A stretch of 63,516 nucleotides of DNA, counting the filler, from Olpidium bornovanus S191 (Eukaryota; Fungi; Olpidiomycota): assembly GCA_017911155.1 (NCBI GenBank). It is 25 parts of 25 records of this genome, joined end to end, with 100 filler letters (N's around TTAATTAATTAA, not from the genome) between each part and the next. Parts side by side here need not be neighbours in the genome. Positions count along the whole stretch, not along the records: positions 32,441 to 36,334 come from JAEFCI010002152.1; positions 36,435 to 39,560 come from JAEFCI010010082.1; positions 39,661 to 40,823 come from JAEFCI010002638.1; positions 40,924 to 42,892 come from JAEFCI010005973.1; positions 42,993 to 44,794 come from JAEFCI010001733.1; positions 44,895 to 46,627 come from JAEFCI010011725.1; positions 46,728 to 50,875 come from JAEFCI010005591.1; 18 more parts are not named here. One strand, written 5' to 3'. The first letter of the stretch is position 1. Each line of letters opens with the position of its first letter. Positions 36,268-48,773 of the stretch are shown here, piece by piece. The notes beneath the pieces are model-generated. The model did not search any database. It saw only the letters and a program-made list of their open reading frames with translations, and was not told the origin of the DNA. The position numbers were made by a program, and so were the translations under genes.

Positions 36268-37235
36268 TATTCTCACAGCCCGGGTTTTCTGGCGGCGGGC
36301 GGTGTGCGGGGTGGCGGCCGCGGGGGGGGGGGGGNNNNNNNNNNNNNNNNNNNNNNNNNNNNNNNNNNNNNNNNNNNNTTAATTAATTAANNNNNNNNNN
36401 NNNNNNNNNNNNNNNNNNNNNNNNNNNNNNNNNNCATGCATCTGCCGCAGGAATTTTAGAACCGGGACGCGCGTCGGGCTGCTTTGTTTGGATGGGAAAC
36501 TGGACGCGGCGAAAATCCCGCGCGGGTTCCCTCTCCCCCGCCCATTCGAGAAGTGCCCATCTCTAACTCTCCCCGGGAGCGGGGGAAGGGCGGGCGGCGT
36601 TCCTCTTTTGCCTCTTCCGCGCGTGCTCTCCGGTGGTCTCTCGGCGCTTTACAACAGCAATGGACACCCAACGATCAGCCAAACAAAGGCGGCGTACTAA
36701 GGAGCGGCGCAGCAACTTCATCTCCCATCTTTTTTTTTATTACGGGCGTAAGAGGTTCGAAAGCAGAAGCCGCGAAGAAAACGGTAGCCCCACCCGTTTC
36801 CCTCCTGCTCTTCGCGGGCCAGCGACAGACTCCCTCCTTCTCTCCCCGCTCTCACCCTCTCTCTTTCTCCGTCCGTCTATCTGTCTCGCTCTTCTGGTCA
36901 AGGTCAGCGCGGGTGGGGTCGGGGTCGATAGAGGGTCCGCGGTCGTTGTCGTCCGCGCGTTTCGCCACACCCCCCCCGTAACCTCCCACCCCCACACCCC
37001 CCCACTGCCCGCGCGCACGCACACCCCGGAAATCACAGCACCAGCGACCACTCGGCACTCGGCATGGCCGCCGCCAGGAGGAACAGGCCAGGGACCAGGG
37101 CGGAGGTGGGAGGAGGGAAGAGGAGACGGAGCAACCCTGCCCCACTTTGCGCGGCAACGGGAGACGGGACGCGGGAAAAGAGGAGGGAGCGGGGGGGTGG
37201 TTGCTGCTGCTGTTGACACGGCGAAAAACATTGCA

Positions 37236-38605
37236 ATGCCCGGCCAAAAAACCCCCCCTCAGGATTTCAACGCGTGGCTTTGCCGACCGCCGCCGCCGCC
37301 GGCCTCCTCCTCCTCATCCGACGCCGCCGTTGCCGGCTTTGCGTTGCAGGAACACTTGGCGGCACTCGTTTTGTCCAGCATGGGCCGCCGCCGGCGCGGG
37401 CGCCGGGAGGCAGGAGGCGGCGACGGCGACAGCGGCGGCGCCGGCGCCGCGTCCGCTCGCGACGACGTCGCGGCGCCTCCGCCCGGGGACGGCGGACAGG
37501 ACCTGGCCGCGCTGTGGCAGTACGAGCACCTCCGGCGGGCGTGCGCGGAGCTGAACGTCCTCGTAGCAAACCTCCTCCCCGAGTGCGACCGCCGCAGCTG
37601 CCCGGAGATGACGGCCGGCGACCGCGCGTACATGTGCGCCGCGCACCCGGTCCCCCAGAACGTGCGTCGAGGGGGGGGGGAAGGGGGGTGTGCGGCGGGC
37701 GGCGGGCGGCGTGCTGGTTTTTTTCTTTTGTGGGCGAATGCGGGGGAGAGGGGTATTTTGCCTTTCCGGGCGGGAACCCGAAAAAATAAAAACGGCTCAA
37801 AAAAAGTTTACGCGCCCGCCCTTCCATTACTTGCTCCTCGGCTCCCGGCCGGGCGGGGGGGGGGCGGGGGGGCGCACAACGCACCCGACGCGCGCGCGCG
37901 CTCGGCGGCGGCAGTGCTGCGCCATCGACTACTGCGTCCACACCGTCGACAGCGCGACGGCCCTGCTGAACAGCACCAGGCACTTCCCCTCGCGCGACCG
38001 GGTCCCCGAGGCGTCCGCGAAGTACTTCCGCTCCGTGGCCCGCCGCCTGGGCCGCCTCTTCGCCCACGCGCGGCACAGCCACCGGGACGTGTTCGACATG
38101 TTCGAGGTATTTCCGGCCCTTCCCCCCCACCCACCGAGACGGCGAAGTGCTTTTTTTTCGCGTTGAGTTTCTTAATTAATTGTTTTTTGGGGGGGGTCGT
38201 GGGTGGTTTGTGTTTTGTTTTTTTGTTGTTTTGTTTTGTTTTTTTGTTGTTTTGTTTTGTTTTTTTGTTGTTTTTTTGTTGTTTTTTTGTTGTTTTTTGT
38301 TTTTTTGTTCTTTTTGCTGGGTTTTTTTTTTTTTTTTTTTTTGGTTTGCGTTCGGTGTGCCGGCTGATTGCGCCGGGAGCTTGACGACCGCGCGTCTCGC
38401 GCCTCCCTCCTCCCCGGCCCCCGCTGCACTCTCCTTTTTTGTTGTTGTTTTTGCGCAAAAACAAAATCTGCAAAAGAACGAGACGGGCCTGCCCTCCCGT
38501 TTCTTTGCCCTGTCCGACAGGTTCGCGCTGCTCCCGAAGCCAGACCCGGCGCTCGCGTACCAGCGCAGGACGTGTCCGCCCGGGAAAGGGAACCCGTGGC
38601 CGTGA
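37236..38605 (+). CDS. MOB4: MOB4/phocein (STRIPAK subunit); exons 37236-37661, 37915-38106, 38477-38605
   Basis: WQYEHLRRACAELN, CPEMTAG...YMCAAH, CCAIDYCVHTVD, SVARRLGRLFAHA and ETGLPSRF. Confidence 0.9.
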
Positions 38606-39763
38606 ATTCCTTTTTTTTTTTTTTCGCGCGTTTTCGGCTTCCAAAAAAGAAAAAACAAAATCAGATAAAGAAATATATAGTATTCGAAGCGGGGCTCGCG
38701 GGCTCCCCGGAGGGTCGTCTGCGCGGAAGCTGACGCCCCCGCACGCGTCGTCCGGTTTTTTTTTTTGTTTTTTTTTTTTTGCGCCGCCCCGTCCCCGAGA
38801 CGCAAAATCAGAACGCGCGCGCGGCGGATTGACCGTGGGGGGGGGGTGGTGATCGCGGAAACGCACGAAAATCTCGTCTTTTATTTTTATTTATTTATTT
38901 ATTTTCCTTGTTTTCGCGGGCTCATGTCCCCGTAAAACGCGAAAAATAAAGCTTTTTTTTTTTCCTGCGGACGGCTGTACCTCCCCGGACTAACCCGTGC
39001 CGGTGCGGAAGGGGAGGGCCCGCCCGGGCCGGGGGAAAGAGGGGGCGCGGGCGGCGGTAAACAGCCAAAGCCCTTTAAAACCAATCTGCGGATGTCGGGA
39101 AACGGGGAAATGGGAGGCGCCGCTCTTGTGTGTGACGGTTTTCGTGGGGGGCGGAACCGTTCGGTCGGATCGGGGAGGAAATGGGAAAGCCCCCCCCCCC
39201 CCCCACTTTTGGAGGAAAAGGGTCTTCTCGCCGGGAAATTGCTACTCCGGCTTGCCGACACTATTGCAGCACATCATGACCGAGCCGCTCCCCTGAAACC
39301 ACGTACCCGGGCTCTCCGTCCTCGCGTATGGCCCCTCCTTCCCATTTCGTGGGTTATGTACACTTCCTGCGCTTGGGAGCTTTTTGAGGGGAAAAAGCTT
39401 TTAGCAAGCGCGCTGGGTCACAAGGATCTTCCCCTATTCCTCTTCTTCTTATCCCTGCTCTTCTTATCGAGATTAAATATAACGCGCGGATTTCCGAAAC
39501 CTTTTTTAAAAAGGAGGAAAGGAACGGGGGGGGGGGGGGGGGGGGGGGGGAAGAACCCCCNNNNNNNNNNNNNNNNNNNNNNNNNNNNNNNNNNNNNNNN
39601 NNNNTTAATTAATTAANNNNNNNNNNNNNNNNNNNNNNNNNNNNNNNNNNNNNNNNNNNNATGTTTGTCCCTCCCCCAAACGGCCGGCCGCCCGCCCCAA
39701 AGTTGGGGGGGGGACCTGGGGAAGGTTGCTGGCTTTAGGGGTTTTTTAGATTTGAAAAAAAAG

Positions 39764-39795
<32 letters not shown>

Positions 39796-39849
39796 AAAAA
39801 AAACGGAACGTGAACCATCAAATTGCTGTACCAGCAAAAGCACTGCCTT

Positions 39850-40700
39850 GGGCCGCGTCTTCTAGGATCTGCAAGTGACGTGCGATCGCGGCGCCAACCT
39901 TGGCATTGTTCAGGACCAACGCCACATCTGAAGAGGGTCAAAAGAATCGGTGAACTGCTGCGTAACGTGCGCCCGAAGACCCGGATCAAGATGTGACGCA
40001 GATTTTGGGCTTACTCGCCGAGAGGCTTCGCCCGCACGACAATTCGTTAACTCGTTTGAGGATGAACGGCGTGACGTCGCGACCTGTAATGGACTTGCGC
40101 CTTGTAAGGGCGAAAGAAGTACAAGTTTGAGGGTCAAAACCAGGCGCGGAGCAGCGAACTCTAAGCACCACTCCAACTCTCGAGCCACTGACTCCGCCTC
40201 CTCAACGGCTTCTTTGATGGCGCGCTCCACTTCGTTGCCCTCGAAGGATTGTTCCTGCGGTATGGGAACCGCAAACACCATGCCGGAGTTGAGCTCGAGT
40301 TGGTGGTTGGCGGCTTGTGGCCCATAAAACAACGGTTCAGACTCTGAGCGGTCCGTTTTCGAAAAACGCCCCGTCGCAAACGAAGGGGACAGACGCGAGC
40401 CCGTTACCGATCAACGCCGCGCACCCCTCAGCATCACGCAGAGTCAGCGGACTCCGCTCTCCGCTGCTTCGGGCAAAGAAAGCGGGAAAGTCCGCGTGCT
40501 CTTCCGACACGGTGGCCACGGTTACTCCCTGCGTCTCGAGGTACTCGAGCGTCTTGGAGATGTCAAGGATCGACTTGACCCCCGCGCAAATCACGGCAAC
40601 CGGGGTCCGCCCAAGCTCGTTCAGATCCGCTGAGATGTCCATGCCTTGGCCCCGCGCCCCGCACCGACCCCGAGTCAGCAAGGTACGCCGTGCCCAGGCC
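39850..40700 (-). CDS. psuG: Pseudouridine-5'-phosphate glycosidase (PsuG/IndA family), partial
   Basis: [62 protein letters not shown] and [10 protein letters not shown]. Confidence 0.92.
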
Positions 40701-40970
40701 GGGTCCCTAAATCATACGAAAACTCACTGTGCTCGGCGCCTCGGTGGACACCGCCTGTAAAGGAAGGGGAGCTCAGCGCGTGGGCGCGCATTGCAGGCGG
40801 CTAGATCGGGGGAGGGGGGGGGGNNNNNNNNNNNNNNNNNNNNNNNNNNNNNNNNNNNNNNNNNNNNTTAATTAATTAANNNNNNNNNNNNNNNNNNNNN
40901 NNNNNNNNNNNNNNNNNNNNNNNACGGCGCTAAAAAGCATCAGCTCGTGTGCCCCTATTCATTTTTTGCA

Positions 40971-42581
40971 GGGATTGGACCTGGCCGCTGCGTCCAAAGA
41001 AAACCGCGTGATCAAGAAGACGCTTTACGCGTACCAGATCATGTCAAAAATCCCGGCTCCAACCCCGCAACCTCCCCCGCCCCAGGTATACTACGTATGT
41101 ATCCGCTTCTTGCTACTTTGTCTCCTGTTTTTATTACGTCCTTTTTACGCGGAACGGGAGACTGCGAAACCGCTGTTCAAGGGTCCTCACACGACGTACT
41201 TGTTTGGCTCTACCTGTACCTCTTGACAGCGATGTCAGTACTGCTTCAAGTCGTTCCAGTCGGAGCACTTCTTGGATTCGCACTTGACGCGGCGGCATCC
41301 CGACCAGCGGAATTACCTCCACCCAGAGCAACCTCCGCCGCCGCCGAAACCGGCCACTCCGCAGCCGGCCCCGCCGCCCGTTGTCCCAGCGCCCGCGCCG
41401 CAGCCGGCTGCTGCGGCGGCCCCCCCGCCACTCCCCCCGCAACAGTCGCCAGAGGCCGAAAAGCTGGAGCAGCTGACGGCCGCTGTCGACCACTGGACAG
41501 AAAAGATGGCGAAAGCGGAGAATGTGCTGCGAATGGAGATGGAGAAGAAGATGGAAGAAGAGCTGCTGAAGCGGCAGGTGCGCCTCCGCGAGGCTCGGGG
41601 AGCGGCGCGCGGAAGACATCCCCCGAAACAGGCTTAACTTCCCCCTGTTCGCTCGGCATCACATGTGCCTGTCATGTCATGCAGCAAATTATAGAAGGCA
41701 GGCACAGGCAGGAGAGGCTGATGTACGAGGAGGAGCTGCAGAAGCTTCGGTCGACGATACAGCAGCAGATCAGCGAAGACCGAGCCCTGCTTCTGGAGGA
41801 GCGGCGAAGGTTCGACGAGCTAAAGGTAAACAATATTCTCTTCCCCTGTTCCCTATCTCCGCCCCCATCATGTTTTTAAGGACGCCGTCCTGTTCTCCCT
41901 GTCCTCGCCTCTCACATCACCATCCGCATCCTTGCCCAGAACCAAGTAAGCTGTGCGCCGCCCGGGCGGCACTCCAACGTTGGTGTGATCGAGGACGACT
42001 CCGGCAACGAAGCGCGGGAGGCAAAGCTCCTTTCTACCCTCGAGAAACGACAACAGGAGGCCCTTTCGCAGGCGATGGGCAAGATCCAGGAGAACCTCGC
42101 GGCGATCAGGGAGAGCCAGTCGGCCTCGCCCGTCGACAACGAGGCCCGCGCCGAGAGGGACCGGCTCGCCCTCGAGTGCAAGATTGAGGAACTCAAGCGG
42201 CTTATTGAGGAGGAGCGCCGCCAGAGGCATGAGCAGGAACTGCGAAATGCACAACTCTCTGAAGCGAAAATACTTCGAAACAGCAACGAGCGTCTGATCC
42301 GGGAGCAGGAGAGGGAAAAGGCAGCCAGGCCTGTCCGGCGGCACAAGATTGTCAAGGAGGAGATGGTGCAAACGGATAATATCAAGAAAGAGCTGCCGGC
42401 CAAGGCCGATACGGAGTCGGAGGAGCAGGAGGAGGAGGAAGAGAAAGAGAAAGAGGACGAGCGAGAGGAGCAGGAGCAAGATCAGGATGACGACGAGGAG
42501 GAGGAGGAACCCGTACGGGTGCCCGTGAGCGTACCGCCGAAGCCTAAGGTGATACTGCGATCTGCCGTGGTTTTGTATTGA
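40971..42581 (+). CDS. DZIP1: DZIP1/Iguana-like C2H2 zinc-finger coiled-coil basal-body protein; 5' truncated
   Basis: Exon KENRVIKKTLYAYQIM splices to RCQYCFKSFQSEHFLDSHLTRRHP (C2H2 ending H-x-x-RRH), followed by long E/K/R coiled coils. This is the DZIP1 domain order. Confidence 0.72.
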
Positions 42582-45500
42582 GCATTGACGCCCAGCGTAC
42601 AAATTCACATTGTGCTTCTTGCGGCGAGTAGAAGGCGAAACCGAAAAAGGTATGTGGATCTATCACATTGGAATCGTCGTCTGCGCGGTTACTGATATTC
42701 GTCGTGCCAGCCACCAAGGGCCTCGAAACCGGCTTCATTCCACTCTCTGCTCGCGTTGATGGATACGCATACATGTAGGATGTCCCGCGCGCAGCGTCGC
42801 TTTCACTGCGTCTAAAGGTGCCGCGAAACCGCTGACATCGTCCCCGTAAATCCAGACTCGCCGCTTCCCGACTCGCCGTGGATCACGTCGCTNNNNNNNN
42901 NNNNNNNNNNNNNNNNNNNNNNNNNNNNNNNNNNNNTTAATTAATTAANNNNNNNNNNNNNNNNNNNNNNNNNNNNNNNNNNNNNNNNNNNNGCATGTGG
43001 CAGTCAATGGCGCGATTCACGTCCGTCAGTTTTGCGGCGGCCTACTTTCCGTCGGCAAAAACACTCAGAACGGCGTGAAAGTTACGCTTGACGTTCACGG
43101 CCCAACTTTGAGTGAAGCGGCGCCGCAGCCAGCAGAGCCCTGGGAACGCATCCAATCTACCTGCCCTCGCAATGTATGGCGTTTTTGCATATTTGGCTGC
43201 CCTAAGAGTCTTTTCTCCCTTTGCAGACACTCTTGTCCGGCATGGGAGACCCTACATGCCGGACAAGCGCCCACGTTTTGGGTGACTTCCAGCTGCCTGC
43301 CGTCAATCCAAGCGTTTTTTTTCTGCGCGCACTGAACCGTGGCAGGAAGCGCGCCCGGGGCCCTAGAAGTCATGGAAGTCGTCGTTCATGCGCGGTCTAC
43401 CTGCTGACTGGTCTTCAATGACAATTCCACGCAGGCTGTCAGTCATATTGCAAAAGCTGTCGCCGCGCTTCCTTAACGCGTTTCAAAATCATGCTGCGAA
43501 AAGTCTTCCCCCGCCGCGGGCCCTGCCTTCGAATGGTGAATCACGCGTTGCTCGAAAACTCCACGGAGAAGCGCATTTGCAGAACGGAACGGGGGAACAT
43601 AATTTTTAACCGAGCGCGCAAGCCTCTCCATTAATTAATAGTAAAAAATATCCTATAAAGATCTGAACAGTACAAATCAGATTTAAACGAAACAGCAGGC
43701 GGCAACTGGCCGTTGGTAAAACGCCCAGCGCAAAGAAGGATCAAGTAGGACAGTCGAGAAACAGCCACGCATTAGTGAAGCACCGCAGCGTCCGCGGTGC
43801 TTTCCCCGGAACACGCGCCATCAAGCGTGTGCTCACGCTTGCAACAGAACCATGCGGCCATATCCCGAAACGCGTCGTCCAATCTAACGTCGCAACCTTG
43901 CCTAAAAGGAATTTTTGATTTTTTTTTCCCACACTTTCTTGCGCCGCCGGCTGTTTGATCGCGGGTTGGGCAAGGGAGATAGGCTATGCTTTTCGCTAAA
44001 TCAGAATAGGGAAGTTCCTGCGCCGCGCCGATGCATAAATGTCGCCGGGAAAACGAAATTTGGCAGCCGTCGACTCGGCTGGGTGGCCTGCGCGCACGCG
44101 GGTCAGATATGAATAACACGTCAGCCTGCGGATATGTCTAACATAGCCCTAACCTGCGCGCTTCTTTTGGCGTCAAACCAAAGCAGCTGGTTTGAAGAGA
44201 AAAAGAAATACGAAACGCCCCGATTTTCATCCGGAGCGCTGGAGGCGTCGGGCGGGTTGGGGTGAAGGTAACGGAAAGGGTCGGCTAGGGGGTTGTTGGG
44301 TTGAAGGCCGCGCAATGCCGCTCACGGTGACGCGCTTTTTGTTTTCCACCGTTGTGGCGGTTTGCAGTGGGGAGGAAAAAATGACAATTTTTCCTCTCCA
44401 CGGTACTTGGAATGAAATATGCCGATTGCGGCAAATGCGCGCCATTTTCTGGCGGGCGGTTTCCTTGAGACAAGCGGGGGGGGGGGGGGGGGGGGTGCAT
44501 TCAAATTGGCGCGCCGCAGGTACAAGAGCGATCAAAAGTCCCCTGGATATAAAAACCGCGACGATCTCCTTTCGCTTTTTGAACTGCAGGACTTGGAAGC
44601 CCAGCGCAAAGTCCATAACCGACAAAGTGAATCGTCTGGTTTCCGGACGAAGAGGAGGTTGCCACGCAAAGAACGTTATCTACAGTCGTTTTGGTTGACT
44701 CCGTGTGTTTGCCCCAAACCCTTCGACTGCTTCGCAAAGGAGCTCGCCGTTCCAGGACATCCTTCACATCCTGCAAAATAAACGGAAATCATGANNNNNN
44801 NNNNNNNNNNNNNNNNNNNNNNNNNNNNNNNNNNNNNNTTAATTAATTAANNNNNNNNNNNNNNNNNNNNNNNNNNNNNNNNNNNNNNNNNNNNCATGAC
44901 GTCGCGACTAGACATACTGGTGTGTTTAGTGGTCTCGTCGATTCCAAATTTACGTGATCGACGCTCGGCAGGCTGTCCCAGAGAGGAGTTTGACGCAGCC
45001 CTAGAGGGGTTTGACGCCCCCCGTAGCTCGCGCCGTGACAGCTGTGATGAATTACATATCTTCAATCTGCGAAAGCCAACCATCTATGAAAATCTTGTTC
45101 ATAACCTGCTGCATCGCGTTAACCATTGAGCAAAAGGCGAAACTGCATAAAAACTCGGCTTCGACCCTGCAATATACAGAACGAATGGTCAGTACAAATG
45201 TGTTAATCAGGCAAAAAAAAAAGACGGTCGTGTACAAAGGATAATAGAAGGCAGCGAAAATTATCTTTTTCTTTTTTCTTTCCGAAGATGGTCAGGTCAG
45301 TCACCAGCATTAGAAAAAACCTATTTTGTGTTGTGGTTTTAAAAAGCACTTATGACCTCGTGAGTCGGCTGGAGTAAATCTGACCCGCGTTCCTCGAAGA
45401 CGGCGTCAGCATCGCTGTTAGTGCACGAGCTCGAAGTTTCATGGTCGGCGTTCTCCCTGTTGCGTTTGCAGTGCTGCCAAAATTGATTGCTGGTCAGTGT

Positions 45501-45933
45501 TTGTTGGATGCAGCAGAGGAAAACCACCGAGTGCCCAAAAGTGTACCGCACTGGACAAAGCGGGGGGGCGGGGGGAGGAGGGGGGGGGACCGGGAGCGAG
45601 AGGGGCGCGGACACGAGGATTGTACTTACATTGCTCAGGGAAGAGTCAACCAAGTTGACTTTCAAGTTGCCATTCTCTTTCTCCGCTTCCAGTGCGCGTC
45701 CCGCCGCCTCGGCGAGGCTTGGATCATCGAGGACGGCTTTGTTGATTTTGGTCTGAAACGCGTGAAGGCTGAGGAGAGGAACGCGACGCTTGAACTCTGA
45801 ACTTCTTGCCGGCTGGGATTGTCTTGTCGCGAAGGACATCGAATACGGCTTTGGATACTTGCTCAGGAGTAAGCATCAGAGTTCGCTGGGCTGGATGCCT
45901 CGGCATGTTTTCGGAGGGGGACGCCATTGCGTG

Positions 45934-46065
45934 CTTCCGGCCGTTTCTCCAAGGCGGATGGGGATCGGTGCGGTCCGGTTTATGCGCCCTTTTGGTTTCT
46001 TCCGGCCGTTTCCCCGAGGCGGAGTGGGGCCGGTGCGGTCCGGTTTATGCGCCCTTTTGGTTTCT
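45934..46065. repeat. 65-bp tandem duplication
   Basis: CTTCCGGCCGTTT...GGTGCGGTCCGGTTTATGCGCCCTTTTGGTTT occurs twice. Confidence 0.88.
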
Positions 46066-47116
46066 CCCCGTCTGCGGACAGGCTGAACTAGCTTGGTGCA
46101 CGCGACATGCACGTGGCACGTGCACCAAGCTTGTTACTCGTCACCTACGGACTCTCCTCTCGCGGCCCGAAAGCCCGCCCCCCCCCCCTCCCCAAACCAC
46201 CACCGCGACGAAAAAATATGAATTCCGGTCACCGGATCTTCCTCTCCTCCCCTCGCGGTTCTTTCCTCCTCTTCCTCCTCCGCGGCGAACCAACCACCAA
46301 AACCGAACTCTCTACCGCCTCTCACGTACAGCCCGTGCAGACCTCTCGTACATCCGCAACCACGTCCAGACTCGTTTTTCTGGGCGACTTTTCTCCGGGT
46401 TAGCGATGTTCATTTTTTCTGCGTTTCATTTCGTTTCCCGTCGATGGTAAAGGTAGCGGGCGGTCCGGCGCTACCCAGTGCGCTGGGAAGTTACCCTTTC
46501 ACTCTGGTCGAGGGTGGTGCTCTTCGGAGTGCTTCTCCTCATTTTGGCCGTGGAGAGCCATAGGTCGTCTCCGTGTCTGTCGTTCTCCGGATCTCCGGGT
46601 CAGTCTCCAGTCTTAGAGGCCTTTGCCNNNNNNNNNNNNNNNNNNNNNNNNNNNNNNNNNNNNNNNNNNNNTTAATTAATTAANNNNNNNNNNNNNNNNN
46701 NNNNNNNNNNNNNNNNNNNNNNNNNNNACGAGCGTCGAGACAGACTGGCGGCACTACCAATCCGCAGATCCGTTCCGCGTTAAAGCGTCCCCCGCCAAAG
46801 GCTGTAGCCGGGTCCCAGAACGCTAGCGTCGACCGGTTTGCTAGCATGCCCAGGCGGAACCGGTCGTTGACTGTAACACCATTGATGTGGGAGGCAGTTT
46901 CAGACCTTTGAGCTCAAAAGCGGCCAGCCTGTAGGTTTGTAGGTACCAATCGAGCATCATTGGAACCTTCTGACCTGTCGACTGTACTTCCTGCCCAGAA
47001 GACCCTAGCAGGCGACCTGCTTTCCAATCCCGGACGAACTTGGATTGGAACCAAAAAAAGGCACGTTACATTAGAATCAGATCATGTCGCCGCACAGCAT
47101 GCAGAAATAGGAGTCC

Positions 47117-47326
47117 TTAAACTGGCCTGTACGTGGCAAGCAACAAAGTGGTTTTGCCTGTACATGCATCTTTCGTCCCCATTGTCCGGGGAGCTTTTGT
47201 AACAAGGGCTTTATGAATTCTGGTCATTGTCACGTCTTTGAACTTGCCCTGCTCAGCAGTGTCCATTGCCTCCTTGCGAGCTTTGAGGAGCTGCAAGATT
47301 TCCGCCTCGTTCCAATGCGTACACAT
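47117..47326 (-). pseudogene. Degenerate Myb/SANT-like (trihelix/MADF-type) domain, possibly a PIF/Harbinger remnant
   Basis: HWNEAEILQLLKARKE...KFKD...IHKAL...TKDACTGKTTLLLATYR fits the W..E...L ... T..C..K...L...Y pattern; the region is CpG-poor. Confidence 0.45.
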
Positions 47327-48773
47327 GGCTTGTGAGCCGGCCGGCTGGGGCTGCGGTGACCCATCGGACAGGCAATCAATTGCGGGCTGGCGTAGATGAA
47401 GTGCGGGTGCGGGAGCCATTTGGGCACCAGGGCCAACAACAGGCTGTGGTCTGCCCTGATGGACTGGCCAGTTGTGATAGGACGTGTAGGTTGCAGCTTG
47501 CCATGAAAATGAGAAATTATTAGGTACGATAATCAGCGGAGGGAGGGACGACGGTGGTGGCGGGGAAATAATTGGCTTGGGTGGTGTCTTTGTCGGTCTT
47601 CAGATGAACCGGAGCCGGTCTCTGGCCAAAACTGATGGGCGAACTGCGGAAACTCCAGGTGTCTTTCCATCTCTCCAAGGGTGTACAGACCATGAACGAG
47701 CATGCCCTTCCACCTCCCCATTGTGTCTCCCACAGTCTCTCCCACAGTTCAAGCAGCTCTGAGACGGTGTTCCACGTCCCCGGTCCCCTGCTCCCTGACC
47801 TGTGGGAAGGGGGTGGGGGGGAAGGAGAGGGGAAGCAGGAGAGGCGGGCTGGCAACTCTGGTCACGTTGATCAACGCAGATCAAACCCGGTGAAAAGCGA
47901 GCGGGCTTCCAGCGGTGCTGCGGTCGCCCAGAGTCGGTTTTTCTCCACGAGGCCCTAAACCTTCTGCCAGCGCTTTTCTGTCAAGCGGCGGGCGTGTTCG
48001 AGCTCTCGTCAGGGACAGCAAGCAGGCCGTCCTCCGGGGTGAGCGGCAGTGTGCTCCGGAGCGATACCCTCCAAGGCGTGTTCAGCTTTTTTTTTTGTGC
48101 CTGGGATTCGCCAAAATTGGCGTTTTCGGCGCACCGTCACCCACCTCCCCCTTCCCTCCCTCTCTCGGCGCAGCGGAAACGCCCGCGGCTGTGTTGCCCC
48201 AACACGGCGCGTGTGCGAAGTCGAAGCGGGAGGCCGCAGATCCGCGGGCGGCCGCCGGCGGCGGGGGACTCCGCGGGGAATCCACCGGACGGTTCGGCCG
48301 GTGAGAGTCGTTTCGCTGCCAGCCGTTTACGAGCGGCCCGTCCACGCGCGGCCGAGCAGGAACCAGCGGACGCGGTCACGCCCCACCCTCCCGTGCCCTT
48401 CTGAGTTACGGCCATCCGAGTCGCGCATCCAGTGTTCCTTCGCGCTTCCGGCGGGCACTTACAAAGCCTGCGGGCGGCGCGAGGATCCTCGCAGGTTCCA
48501 ACCAGGGTCCGCCGTGCGCAAACGGGGCCGGAAAGCGACGTCACATATAGCAAAACGAGAGTGGCAGAGAAACGTTTGCATCTGTGGTGAAGCGCGCCTT
48601 AGAGAAGCGTTTCCGTCCACCACGCCCCGCCGCCCGCATTCCAACTTGACCGCTTGGCTGTCCACAAACGTTTTTCCGCGGCCGTCCGGCGCCGTACCGC
48701 TGTCGCTTCCCGGCGGAACAGCTGTCGTCTCCCTTCTCGTCCAACTCGGCTCGCCCTGTGTCGCAGCTGCAGG

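Noticed and set aside
36633-38384. 583-aa ORF and many other long Arg/Pro/Gly/Ala-rich ORFs on both strands
   Set aside because: Products of high GC content and intron read-through, or antisense shadows of real genes (MOB4, synergin-like, TAF12, histidine phosphatase).
45800-45900. LTPEQVSKAVFDVLRD resembling a short-chain dehydrogenase C-terminus
   Set aside because: No Rossmann or YxxxK motif is visible nearby; insufficient support.
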